In this document: one piece after another, positions 1 to 11,879 of the stretch
Layout: each line of letters starts with the position of its first letter
Numbering within the stretch: position 1 is the stretch's first letter
NCBI RefSeq assembly: GCF_006345805.1
Contig: NC_042998.1
Coordinates: 144,708,001 to 144,772,000, forward strand
From: Octopus sinensis
Lineage: Eukaryota
Reading direction: 5' to 3'
DNA length: 64,000 bases
Position numbers and translations under genes: made by a program
The notes under the pieces: model-generated
Told to the model about the DNA's origin: nothing
The model's database searches: none
What the model saw: only the letters and a program-made list of their open reading frames with translations

Positions 1-1200
1 GACTTTGGAAAGAATGTTGATGAGCTATTTTTTGTTCAGTTGATGCAAACTAATTTCATCTTCATATTTAATCCTGCTTTGTTTCAACCAATATAAATCC
101 AATATGTATCAACAGGATATTCTATCATGTTTTTCTTGTGATGAACTATTTATTCAATCTTGTAAAATAGATTCCTGTTTGCCAAGTCCTGCATTGCAGT
201 GTTTAAAAAAATACACAGCAAAAGAATCCTTTAGCAAAATTTCAAACTTTCCAAATAATGTACTGTAACTTTTTAATACAGACATGTCCACACAGCTCTC
301 TCTCTCTCTGCTATTTATTAAATTTCAGACTGTAGGTAGGATTTTAATTTTCTTGCAACCAAGTCACTTAAATTAGTCTTAACTGAATGTTTTCTGGCCC
401 ATTGTCCAATAGCTCTGTCTTTGGAACACCAAATCTAGAGAATGTGGAACATAAAAAATGGCTTCCCTCCAAATTAACTATGATCAACACATTCCCAGTA
501 TTTTGTACTGTATCCCTGATCTTTATGTACTATTTCCCAGAACTGTGGTTTAGGGCTTTTTATCAGTACATATATATTAAAATGCAATAATAATTCTCTA
601 AACGAGATATAGACAGTAACTGCTCCATAACATAAGGGACGTTAGCCATCTGAATGTGGCTAGGGACAGGGCAGGGCGGTGGGGGTGTTACTGATGCATT
701 TAGCCCCAGGCGATCATCAACGTCACCAGGAGGGCTGACGTCAACACGGCGTCCTGTCCGTATGTGGCATCCGCTTCTTCGGGGAATGATCTCCCTTTGC
801 AGGCTAGAGGACGCCGTGATGGCGTCAGCCCTCCTGGTGACGTTGATGATTGCCTGGGGCTAAATGCATCAGTAACACCCCCACTGCCCTGCCCTGTCCC
901 TAGCCACATTCAGATGGCTAACGTCCCTTATGTTATATTAAAATGATTTTTCAAGTATTTTAACAGTCTGAACATGAGACAAAAAACATCATTCCTAATA
1001 TCAGAATGTAATTGTAGCAAACTACTCAGCCATTTTTTAGTCCATTAAAAACATTAATATGACTGATGGTTTTATTAGGCATGTCAAGAATTTAAAAATT
1101 ATAGTGACAATATGAAGGCCCACAAAGCAATCTGCTAATAAGCTCACTGGGGAACATAAAGATCCTTAAAATATTTGTTCTACACCAAGTCACAGGCACT
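1..1200 (-). mobile_element. Degenerate Ty3/Gypsy-type integrase remnant (pol remnants may continue to ~3500)
   Basis: Minus strand near 390-510 reads ...GNVLIIVN...STFSRFGVPKTELLDNGPE, like the rve core motif FSRFGxPxxxxSDNGPxF; many stops and frameshifts. Confidence 0.55.
627..936. repeat. GC-rich long inverted repeat / foldback MITE-like element (129-bp arms, 52-bp spacer)
   Basis: 627-755 is the reverse complement of 808-936 with 4 mismatches by eye. Confidence 0.9.
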
Positions 1201-4073
1201 CTCTACTCCAGAAACACTGATTGGGTTATTGGAATAACACTCATTGTTGGCATGGGTCACATGGTTTGACAGCAGTTGCTGAGCCCAAGAATTGCATCAT
1301 GTTCTGCTGTCTACATTGGCATAGTTTCCATGACTGGATGTCCTTGAATGCCAAACTTTCACAGTGTACTGGGTACTTTTTCCATGCCATTGGCATTAGT
1401 GATATGGCTTTATTCTAGGATATGAGGATTAAGGTATGAGAGCAGGGCTGAGGTGGAGCAGATTCTTGTAGAGGAGCTAGCTACATGGCTGCTCATATCT
1501 AAAGGAAAGAAAGAAATTGAATCATTAAGAGAGGCAAAGAGATAAATAGTGGTGATAAGTAACTAGGGGGCGCCCATCAAGGTATAAGGTGAATAGAAAT
1601 GAGTAGGGACAGAGAAACTGAGTAGGTGGGTGGGTTGTAAGAATGTATGAGATAGAAATGGAAGTGGGGAGAGGAGACAGGCAATAACTGTAAAGATTGG
1701 GTGGGACTGAAGAGTGGTTGTAGGGAGTGATGCATATGGGGATGAGGATGGGCAATGATGCATGAATTGGAGAAGGTAGAAAGATACAAAAGAGAGCATC
1801 AGGATAGTAATGATGGTACAGTTGACTGGGTAGGCTGCAAGAGAAGGTGGAGAAATGCAGGTGGAGTGCACAAGGAGAGATAATTTGGTGGTCCATTGAG
1901 GGTGAGGAAAAGGTGAAAAATCAATGTAACGTATGGGTAGAGAGAACAATATTAATGGATGAAGAATGGTTAAAGAAATAAAATAAGTTGCATTAGAGGA
2001 GTGATAACTGATAATGTTTTATGCTCAAAAGTTGGATGTTTGCAGCACAGGTTTATAGAGATATCCAACTGTTTAGTATTTCAAGCATACATTGTAAAGA
2101 GAGATAAGTTGAGCCTGTCGCTTGAGCTGTCAAAGCAACAAATGCAACTTTTTTCAATACTGGCCAAATCCTGCTATCATGAAATTAGCATAATGATCAC
2201 TTCATGACATCATTTTCATTTACACCCTGCAGACGTACCTCTACATTTATTATGATTTCTCAGCAAACCTTCTCTATAAACCAGTTGCAGTACTTGATAA
2301 ACTACTTCAAGTGACATTTGTGATCTTTTAATTACTTACCTAATAAAGTTAAATTTGGTTGACCACTTGTATAGAAAAAAAAATTAAATAAGTTTGGTAG
2401 TTATTGAGAAAAAGAAAACTGAAGAAAAGAAACATTTATTATAAGGGAAACAAGCACTAGCCATGCATTTTAGCATTTCCCCTGTCATGTTTCCAATGTA
2501 AAATGCTACTAGCTCAATTGGTATTGTAACAATACACATGCATATTGCTGTAAAAGAGTAAAAAAACCAATACTTGCATAATTTTAGGGCCATTGTCAGC
2601 ATAAACCAAATGAAAATTAGTTTACAAAATCATAGCAGATTTGTCCATAAATCTTGAAACCAACAATAAATCTAGTACTACGAAATTGTGCACCTGCATA
2701 AGTACTCCTTAATCAGTTTTTAGAAGTAACTAACAGTTTCTTCCATTAACTTAAACCCATCTCCAACAAATGACTTCTCTTTTGTGCTGATCTAAACAAA
2801 CAAACCTACCTGTAGTCATTTTATTCTTTTGTTAATTCTGTAATTAATGTATATACTAAGAAGGCTTGTGAAAACAGTTTTTGCAAGAAATATTGATCGC
2901 AGAGTGTGTGAATTTTCTTTCTACTCTATCAGTATGTAGAATTGCTAATTCTTTTGTGAACTTCATAAAAAAATGGGTCACAAGGACTTTATTACAAAAA
3001 CTGCCAGTCAGACCATCCCCAATTCTGTCTCGCACATACCAACCAACCAGACAGAATAAATATATGTTGGCTAAGGTGAAAGCAGCAAATGGCCAACATT
3101 ACTATATCCTGTCCCACCAGGGCATAGTAATGTCCTGGTAGAGCAAGACGTAGTAAATGATGGATCATAAGTTTAAATACTTTTTCTATTATCCTTCCAT
3201 CTCAATGGCTAAGCCATTTTGCTGTAAATTGCTATCACTGGATACTATTGGATAGAAGAGATTACTGCTGCTATAATCAGCACAAGTGCTGTATAACCGA
3301 TTAAAGTGTATTTAGCTTACAATTCTTAGTTCAAACCTTGACTTTAGATAAAAAAAAAAATGTCTTCAGACTTATTTCCAACCAGCTTTCAACAGTCATA
3401 AGGCCTTTAAAAACCACCAGTAACAAGTTCTACTAGTAAATGTGGTTGACAAAAAACAGAAAATAACCAATAGTGACAATACATGATAAAAAAAAAAATT
3501 CTGTCGAATATTAGAATTTGAGAAGTAAGTCCATCTTGTCACACAAATTATAGCTTAAACGTTACGTGATAAATTTTAATTTAAACATATTCACATGTAT
3601 AATCTTTCAGTGATTTCAAGCACTGGCTTATGGTCATGATGAGGCATTGTCTTCAAAAGGTTTTGGTCTGTAATATGAAACCACTGTGAAAAGTGATATT
3701 TTATCAAGAATATGGGCTATATACCTGTTGTAATTTAGTCATCCATAGTCTGATATGATATTTCGGAATATTCCTTTTTTAGATATTCTTAGATAGAGTC
3801 GCTACTATAATTGGTTTGCCAAAGGCTTTTCTTCTAAATTTTTTTGGAAGCGTCTCAGCAGTGGTCTCACGATGCTCCTTCTTGAATTCTTCATGAGAAG
3901 TGTGTGAGGTTGGTCATGTCTCAATCTTGTGTGTGCTGGTACATCTGTAGCGTTGCTTCTAAGTTATATATTATATGTGCGGCTTCCTTTTTTTCTTTTT
4001 CTTTTTTTTTTTTTGTTATAAACTACAAGATGAGCATATTATCGAAAATGAACCTACATGCACCCAGATGTAT

Positions 4074-5150
4074 CTAAATAATGTATTGATTACCAACCTC
4101 CAGCCTGTTGTTAATTTGGGGCCCTAGTCTGTGTATGAGTATAGCTTCCTTAATTCTTAAATTACCCAAATTTCTTCCATTGGCCTCAATTGTGACTGTT
4201 ATGCTTTTGTCAGTGTTCCAGCATCTGTCTAGATGTTTTCTGAAGGAGGAAGCTCTCATGCCCAGATGTTCTTTGATACAGACGTGTAATGGTCTTGATG
4301 TGCTACCCACATAGAACTTGTATTTGTTACATTGTATTCTATACACAACATAACCCCTTTGGCATAAATCTGTGTCACGGATGGGACACTTTGTTAGTGT
4401 ACATTGATTGTTGTCCCTTGTTTGTTTCTTAGTGGGGTGTCCTCTCAGGCTGGAGTGGGCTAGTTGTATGTTCAGCCTTTCTCTTCTTATGGCTCTTCGG
4501 ATGGATGTAGTTATCCTCTCACTAAAATGGGGTATTTTAAGGAAGCATGTGTTGCTGGGTTTTCTATGTGTTCAGCGTCTTGGGTTGTCTTGTTTACTTA
4601 ATCCGATTTACAATGGTTCTAGGGTACCCGTTGGTTTTCAATATATCTAGGAAGCAGGTAGTGTGGGTTACTTTGTTCTCCATTCTGCTGCACTTACTCT
4701 GGATGTGTGCAAGTTTATTTCTGGCGTATCCTATTTTGGCACCGAGTGGAAGTGCTGAACTGTACTGGACAAACATATCTCTACTGACTGCTTTCCAGTA
4801 GAACTCGGTGTGGACCCCCCTTTCTTCCGTTATTTTCAATTTGAAGTCAAGTAGTGATAGCGATCCAGTGATGTTGGGGTGTTCTATAGTGAACTTTATG
4901 TTCATGTCCATGCTCTTGAATGTCGTGAACATTCTGTCAGCCTCTTCACAGGAGGATGTATGAAGATGTCATCGACATATCTGGTGAAGAAGACACATGA
5001 GAGGCAGATGTTGAGTGCTCGACGTTCCAGATAGCTCACATAAATGATGGCTAGTAGGCCCGAGAGACTGGATCCCATGGGGAGACCTGTTGTCTGTTTG
5101 TATATGTGGTCCTGGAATGAGAAGTAGGTGTTGTCCATGATGATGGACAA
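4074..5150 (-). pseudogene. Penelope RT + GIY-YIG endonuclease pseudogene fragment
   Basis: ORF-track pieces 4902-5150, 4594-4932 and 4074-4346 in different frames. Confidence 0.85.
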
Positions 5151-5601
5151 AAGTAGATGTTCAAATGATGATGATTAATACAAAATGTCCAACAACCCTC
5201 TCTCTCTCTTCAGAAAACATCTAGACAGATGCCAGAACACCGACAAAAGCATAACAGTCACAATTGAGGACAATGAAAGAAATTTGGGTAATTTAAGAAT
5301 TAAGGAAGCTATACTCATACACAGACTAGGGCCCCAAATTAACAACAGGCTGGAGGTTGGTAATCAATACATTATTAAGATACATCGGGTGCATGTAGGT
5401 TCAAGGAAGCAACATGTATAATATGTAACTTAGAAGCAGTGCTACGGATGTACCAGCACACATGAGATTGAGACATGGCCAACCACACACACTTCTTATG
5501 AGGTATTCCAGAAGGAGCATTGTGAAACCACTGCTAAGACGCTGCCAAAAAAAATTAAAAAGCCGTTGGCAAACCGATTATAGCAGTGACTCCATCTAAG
5601 A

Positions 5602-5638
5602 ATATCTGAAGAAGGAACATTATTCCGAAATATCATAA
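5602..5638 (+). ncRNA. Minimal type I hammerhead ribozyme motif in the Penelope pseudo-LTR
   Basis: atat CTGAAGA aggaa catta ttcc GAAA ta TC ata: both conserved core boxes, short stem II, palindromic minimal stem III. Confidence 0.7.
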
Positions 5639-5949
5639 CAGACTATGGATGACTAAATTACAACAGGTATATAGTCCATTGTCTGTATTATAGTGCATTG
5701 TTATACCATTCAAAACTTTTTATTCTTTACAAACAATACACAATGCTTCAAGCGAACTACAATACTCTCCTATTTTAGGAATCTTTATTGAAAGACAAAA
5801 GTACCATTCTTGAAATAAAGGGACACAACTCAACATCAGCTTGCATTGGCACAAACTTAGAGAGAGAGAGAGTCACACATACACACCCACAAAAACGTAC
5901 CAGTCTTCTACACAGCTAAATTCCACCCATGATCAACCTGAAGTTGTCA

Positions 5950-6705
5950 AATTGTGGTACTCAACAAAGGAAGACAGTGATGGATATAACTTAATTTTGG
6001 GAAAGAAAAACTATTAGATAAATAGCACATACACACAATAGTCTTGGCAATCTACAATGATCTCATTAATAGGCTACCATAACTACTTACTGTCATCAGT
6101 GAAAGATTTCAGACTCACTGTTTCAAACTTGCTGCTTCCAATAGATGCACTGACTACAGTTGTCAGTGTGTATACACCCACATTTAATGCAGATGAGGAA
6201 GTTAAAAAAGGATTTTGCACTAACTTATAGGCACAGGTGTGACGGTGTGGTTAAGAAGCTTGCTTTTTACCATGTGATCTTAGGTTCAGTCCCACTGCAT
6301 AGCACCTTGGGCAAGTGTCTTCTACTATAACCCTGGGCTGACTAAAGCTTTGTGAGTGGATTTTGTAGATGAAAACTGAAAGAAGCCCATATGTATTTTT
6401 ATGTGTGTGAGTGCATGCATGCATGTCTGACTTTATGCATACCCCACCACCACCTGACAACTGGTGTTAGTTTGTTACATCCCTGTAATTTAGCGGTTTG
6501 GCAAAAGAGACCGCGAAAATAACAACCAGATAGAAATAAGTACTGGTGTTAACTTGTTCAACTAAACCTTTCAAGGTGGTGCCCCAGCATGGCTACAGTC
6601 CAATGACTGAAACAAATAAAAGATTAAAGGTAAAGATAACTTAGTCTCTTAGCCAGAATACAAATACAAGACAAAATCACCTTATAAGGTGACTTCAATG
6701 TCAAA
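5950..6705 (+). mobile_element. Old LINE (RTE-like) AP-endonuclease remnant split by a SINE
   Basis: Reads VSVYTPTFNADEEVK before the SINE and DKITL*GDFNVK after it. Confidence 0.6.
6228..6636 (+). mobile_element. tRNA-derived SINE (dominant family of the window) with 7-bp TSD taactta
   Basis: Head with A/B-box-like motifs, ccttgggcaagtg core, AAAAG tail; taactta at 6221-6227 and 6637-6643. Confidence 0.8.
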
Positions 6706-8412
6706 GAATATTTATTCACTGTCCTATAAAGGACACAATATAATGGTAATATAACTGTTATCTGGTTCATTTGCCAGGACATAGTTTAACTGTCCAGGGT
6801 TGCCTGGGCAACTAGTACAGAGAGGGGTTAAAAAAAAAAAAAAAAAAAACACCCTATTTTACGTGGCCATAAATATAGTACTTGTGAAGTTAGGGAAGTG
6901 GCAACAGTATCTTCAAATATTTAAGGTTTATACCAGCTACTTTTTCTATTTCCTACACGTTGTAGAATGAATGATAGAGTAATAAACTGGCTATCCGGAA
7001 TACCCTGAGCCATGGTACTTAATGAGGGGAGTGGGCTTGAGGAGTTTAATGAAGGTAGTGGTGGAAGAGAAAGTTTTGAGAGAGAGTGTTGTTGGACATT
7101 TTGTATTAAACATCATCATTTGAACATCTACTTCCTCATGTAGGTTGGACAGAGTTTTCTACAGCTAGCTGTAGCAAACGCACACACACAATGGGCTTCT
7201 TAAGTTTCTGTCTACCAAATCCACACACAAAGCTTTGGTCTGCCTGAGTTTATAGTAGAAAACACCTGCCAAAGGTGCCACACAGTGGGACAGAACCCAA
7301 AACCATGTGATGTGAAAGTAAACTTCTTCACCATACAATCAGGTTTACACCTGGTGTAGGCATGTGTGTGTGAAGGGTATATATACAGTGAAGTCGGTGA
7401 TTAAAAGTATAATTTACAACAAATATAAATGAGGTGTAAAACATCTGCTGCCAAACTAATTATGAATTAAGTGATCATTGAATGAAATCAGAATAAATAT
7501 CATAATGATAAAATGGTTCTTGTAGAATCTAGAGACAAAAAAATTTTTTTAATAATATTCAGTCTTTGAGAGAGCCTCTTCAACTTGTTTTTGAATAAGA
7601 AACTAATCAACCAGATATTATCCTGAGTAAAATGTTAGTCAATCTCATGTAATATTTTACTTCCAGTTGTAAATAGAATTTTTTTTTTATTAGAAAGCCA
7701 AAATCAAGATTTTTTTAATGGAAATAATGATATATTTTGCTCTCTAATTCCTTATTAGAAATGAGAAAATAGAGAGAAAATAAAAATAATCACCTGAAGA
7801 TTAAAATGATTTAATACAGAGTGTCAGCAAGATAAACAGTTGTCTATCATGAACAAATATAGTTCATGATACTATATCATCAACATTCAATGTCTACTTT
7901 TCCATGCTTGCATGAATCAGACAATTTGTTGCAGCAAATTTTCTGTGGTTGGATATCCTTCCAGTCACCATTCTCTACTTGTTTCCAAGCAAGTCATTAT
8001 TTTCCGATAACCAGACATTTAAAAAAAAAATTTGTTATTGTTGCAAAAGACTGGAAATGAATAACCTTGATTGAATGACAGTGCTCATTGACACCCATCA
8101 TGTGGTGTCTAGAAAAGGGTACACACAAAAACGTACGCGTGCATGACGGGCTTCTTTTGACTTGTCTTCCAGAACCACTTGCATGGTTTTGGTTGGCCTA
8201 AGGTGCTGTGCAGAGGGACAGAACCCAAGACAATATGCTTGGGAAATAAGCACGCAACCATGCCTATGTATTTGAATAAAGGTGATATATAGAGGAATTT
8301 TAATTTAATGAGTGATAAATAGAAGTAGTTTCAGAAATTTAAAATATACTTGCATTTTAGAATGAAACCCAAATTAAATCGCAGGAGCAGTATATTAAAC
8401 TATACCAATAGA

Positions 8413-8780
8413 TGCAGGCATGGCTATGAGGCCAAGAAGTATGCTTCCCTGTTGCATATGGCTTTAGGCTTAGTTCCACTGTGTGAAAAATTGGTCAAGT
8501 GTCCTCTACCATAGCCTCAGGCTGAACAAAACCTTGTGAGTGGATTTAGTAGATGAAAAACTAAAAGAATCCTGTGTGTGTCTTGACATCATGTAATAGG
8601 TGGAAATGTGTGTCACTGTTATACAGTGTCATTCATTTGTAATCTTTCAAGAAAACATGTCTGGCCTTGGGAAATATCAACTTGCTTGGAAACATGAAGG
8701 TTTGTTACAGGAAAGGTATCTGGTCAAAGAAAATCTGCCTCAATAAATTCCGTCCAATCCATGCAAGCATAGAAAACTGC
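8413..8780 (+). mobile_element. Diverged SINE (same head, alternative body)
   Basis: Similar to the other copies (ggcatggct...ccttgtgagtggattt...catgcaagcat). Confidence 0.6.
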
Positions 8781-9974
8781 ACTTATGTGAGTATTCTGTG
8801 AGTATTCACAGAATCCAAACTAAGCCACACAAAAGCACATGAACACACATGCACACACTCTCTTTCTCTTTCTCCTTTTCTCTCTCATATACATTTTTAC
8901 TGGCATCCGTATAAATATAGACACCGTAAACTAGAAAACAGACATAAAGCAGACCTGAAATAGATAGCTCATGTCATTGATGTGGTAGCAAATGGTGACA
9001 AAAAACCCTGCACAAACCTAGCTGATTGAATGAGCTATTAATCAAACAATCAATTAGTTAATTGGTTAAATGGTTAACCAACTTGCCTGATAATAATAAA
9101 AAGTGAAATAGAGCCAATGGATGGGTTTACAATTCACATAATGAACCTCCTGAGATACAACAAAGATAACATTAAGTTTTCATGTGTAGTACAAACCCAT
9201 AATTCTTAGGTTTAAAAATCTGGAAAAAATGATATTTTACATGAGAAAACAGTAATAGTATTGGTTTCTAGGTTGTTGTGGGTTGAGTTTAGTTCCTCTT
9301 TACATCCAGCCCTAAATAGTAGAAACTCACTCTCTGTTAATGTTCAGGTTTACTTTGAGAAAATACAAACCCTACCTATAAACATTTCAAGCTAAAAATC
9401 AAACCAGTATAGAGGGCTTATATTGAAGCAGGTTATAAAATAGGAATTAGGAAGCTTGAAGGTATTATAAACTAATATAAATACTGTAAAGTGGCTCATG
9501 TTAGGAAGTGTATCCAACCATAGAAACCATGCCAAAACTGAGTCATTAAAAGCAGAATGTGGTCTTCTGAGTTTACAGATTCTATCAAAGCATCCGGCCC
9601 AATTCAGCATGGAAAGTGAATTTTATGATAATGATGATGATGTAATGCGATGATTTATTTAAAAAAAATATGTTAGCAGAGCTGAATACATGTTTATTAG
9701 ATCTGTCAGGTCCTGCTAGCACAACACAACATCATAAATATTAAAATGTATTATTGCATTGAGGTTGAGGGTTGAATTTCAATTTTAAACTGGATGACAT
9801 TAAATAAATCAAGCATAAAATAAAAATACAAAACATAAGCTGTGTGAATTTTTTTTTTAAAGTTTGAACTTTGCACTTTCTAATTCCCTCAATGAATTAT
9901 CCTAGATTATGTTAGGGTTTCATTCTGTTTGGCAAAGTTAAATTTAACTTTTATTTAAAACTTTTACATTAGCT

Positions 9975-10329
9975 AGATGCATGGCTGTGTGGTTAAGAAG
10001 CTCACTCGAGTCTCACTGCATAGCACCATGGGTAAGTGTATTCTATATACAACTTAACCTCAGGACAACCATTGTCTTGTAAGTGAATTTGGTAAATGGG
10101 AACTGTGTGAAAGCCCATTGTGTGTGTGTGTATATATACACACATACTTATACATATACGTGTATGTTGCCCCCCCTCCCCCTAATCACTGCTTGACAAT
10201 TGGCATAATTTTGTACTTAGCAGTTTTGCTAAAAGGATTCATAGAACAAGTATCAGATTTCAAAAAAATAATTACTGGGGTCAATTTGTTCAACTAAAAC
10301 CTTTCAAGACAGTAACCCAACATAGCTGT
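9975..10329 (+). mobile_element. Diverged SINE whose tail continues at ~11171-11205 after a nested insertion
   Basis: Tail motif cccagcatggctgcagtc is split across the 10330-11170 insertion. Confidence 0.6.
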
Positions 10330-11170
10330 CAACGCTGGATTAACCACAAAATAAGCATATGCTTAGGGCATCAGGGGAAAGGAGGTACCACAGAAATGGT
10401 AAATAGTTTGTGACACAAAAACAATCACTTGAAACTTGCTGAAATGATATTCAGGATGCTTTATCTCTACTAAGTAAATATAGAAACGAATGTATTAAAT
10501 AAGATTAATTTTGAGGATCTGACTAAAGACTTAGCAATTAAAAAAGATAGGAGAAAACTTTTCTAATATATATAAAATCGAAGTATACAAAAATACACAT
10601 TATTTTCCATCTTACTCTTAGTATTGTTTCATTTTGAATAATAAAAATGCATTTTTTTTGGCTTATTATTGTTTACATTTTGAATTACATATATATACTC
10701 TCTTTACTCTTTTACTTGTTTCAGTCATTTGACTGCGGCCATGCTGGAGCACCGCCTTTAATCGAGCAACTCGACCCCGGGACTTATTCTTTTGTAAGCC
10801 CAGTACTTATTCTATCAGTCTCTTTAGCCCAACCGCTAAGTAACAGGGACATAAACACACCAGCATCGGTTGTCAAGCAATGCTAGGGGGACAAACACAG
10901 ACACACAAACACACACACGCATATATATATATATACATATATACGACGGACTTCTTTCAGTTTCCGTCTACCAAATCCACTCACAAGGCTTTGGTCGGCC
11001 CGAGGCTATAGTAGAAGACACTTGCCCAAGGTGCCACGCAGTGGGACTGAACCTGGAACCATGTGGTTGGTAAAGAAGCTACTTACCACACAGCCACTCC
11101 TGCGCCTATATGGGGGCATCAAAATTTTTTTTAAGTGCTTAGGGCTTCTATGAGTCTTAATCAGGCCATG
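10330..11170. mobile_element. hAT-like MITE (itself containing a young SINE)
   Basis: Imperfect TIRs caacgctggattaa / ttaatcaggccatg; degenerate 8-bp TSD atagctgt / atggctgc. Confidence 0.55.
10697..11108 (-). mobile_element. Young tRNA-derived SINE
   Basis: CpG-retaining copy closely matching 23143-23554. Confidence 0.85.
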
Positions 11171-11795
11171 ATGGCTGCAGTCTATTGACAGAAAAGTAGA
11201 AGAATAAAAATGTAATTTCACAATTCTTTTTTCTTTTTTGTGTGTGTGTTTGGAATAAGGCATTAAAAAACATTGACTGTTGAGTAAATGACAGCAGAAA
11301 TCCTTGCCCAGCATTAAAAAAATTGTTTTTAAAAAAAGAAGAAAACACACAAGGTCATAATGTTATTACATGTGTGAAGCAATTTACACAGAAAAACAAA
11401 GAAAATTAAATGAAAGTTCTCCCAAATTATTAAACAGAAGAAAGGGTTACAAAATCACATAAAATAAGCAGGAAAATTTAAACAAAACCAGTTAAAAGAG
11501 GTGAGAGGTTTGTATTGCTGATAGTAAACATCAAATGCACTCATAATACAAGGTTTCAAAGCAAAAGCAAATACTAAGAGATGATCTATGCATCATGCTA
11601 GCAAGGGGAAAATTTGATGGAATAAATGGAAGCAATGAGCAGTGTACAGTTAGAGACAAGAGAATATTAGTGGAGATGTGCTATTGTTGAAGACTAGAGT
11701 GAGTAGATGCAGCTAGAATCTTATCAAATATTTCTGCTCCTTCAGTTCCAGAGCAGCCACATGATCACAGGGATATGACAGCAGTGCGCACTCAC

Positions 11796-11879
11796 CATGA
11801 TCTTTTCTCGGCACAACTTGTCTCTTTTCCTAACATCAGTTTTTTCAGCTTTCAATCTTTCAATTTCAAGTTCTTTGTT
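11796..11879 (-). CDS. Exon Q (84 nt, NKELEIERLKAEKTDVRKRDKLCREKIM)
   Basis: Acceptor atttctcacag, donor ATG|gtgagt. Confidence 0.85.

Larger units (their letters stand above)
3712..5679 (-). mobile_element. Penelope-like retroelement, 5'-truncated, with inverted pseudo-LTR copy
   Basis: Minus-strand frameshifted ORF pieces carry RT motifs (QTTGLPMGSSLS, RYVDDIF, LSLLDF) then GIY-YIG (YRIQCN..FYVGSTSRPL..EH..IKEAILI..INNR). 3712-4245 is repeated inverted at 5208-5679. Confidence 0.9.

Noticed and set aside
654-909. Mirror-image ORFs MWLGTGQG... on both strands
   Set aside because: A consequence of the palindrome; no coding evidence.
1525-1949. Overlapping 70-128 aa ORFs (also 37575-38138 and 61165-61815)
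   Set aside because: Stop-poor purine/pyrimidine-skewed repeat tracts, open in several frames, with no protein motifs.
2810-2837. cag...gtaggt bounded 28-nt segment
   Set aside because: Stop codons in all three frames.
6091-6155. Strong gtaagt/gtgagt donor-like sites suggesting an exon
   Set aside because: Better explained as a plus-strand LINE endonuclease remnant.
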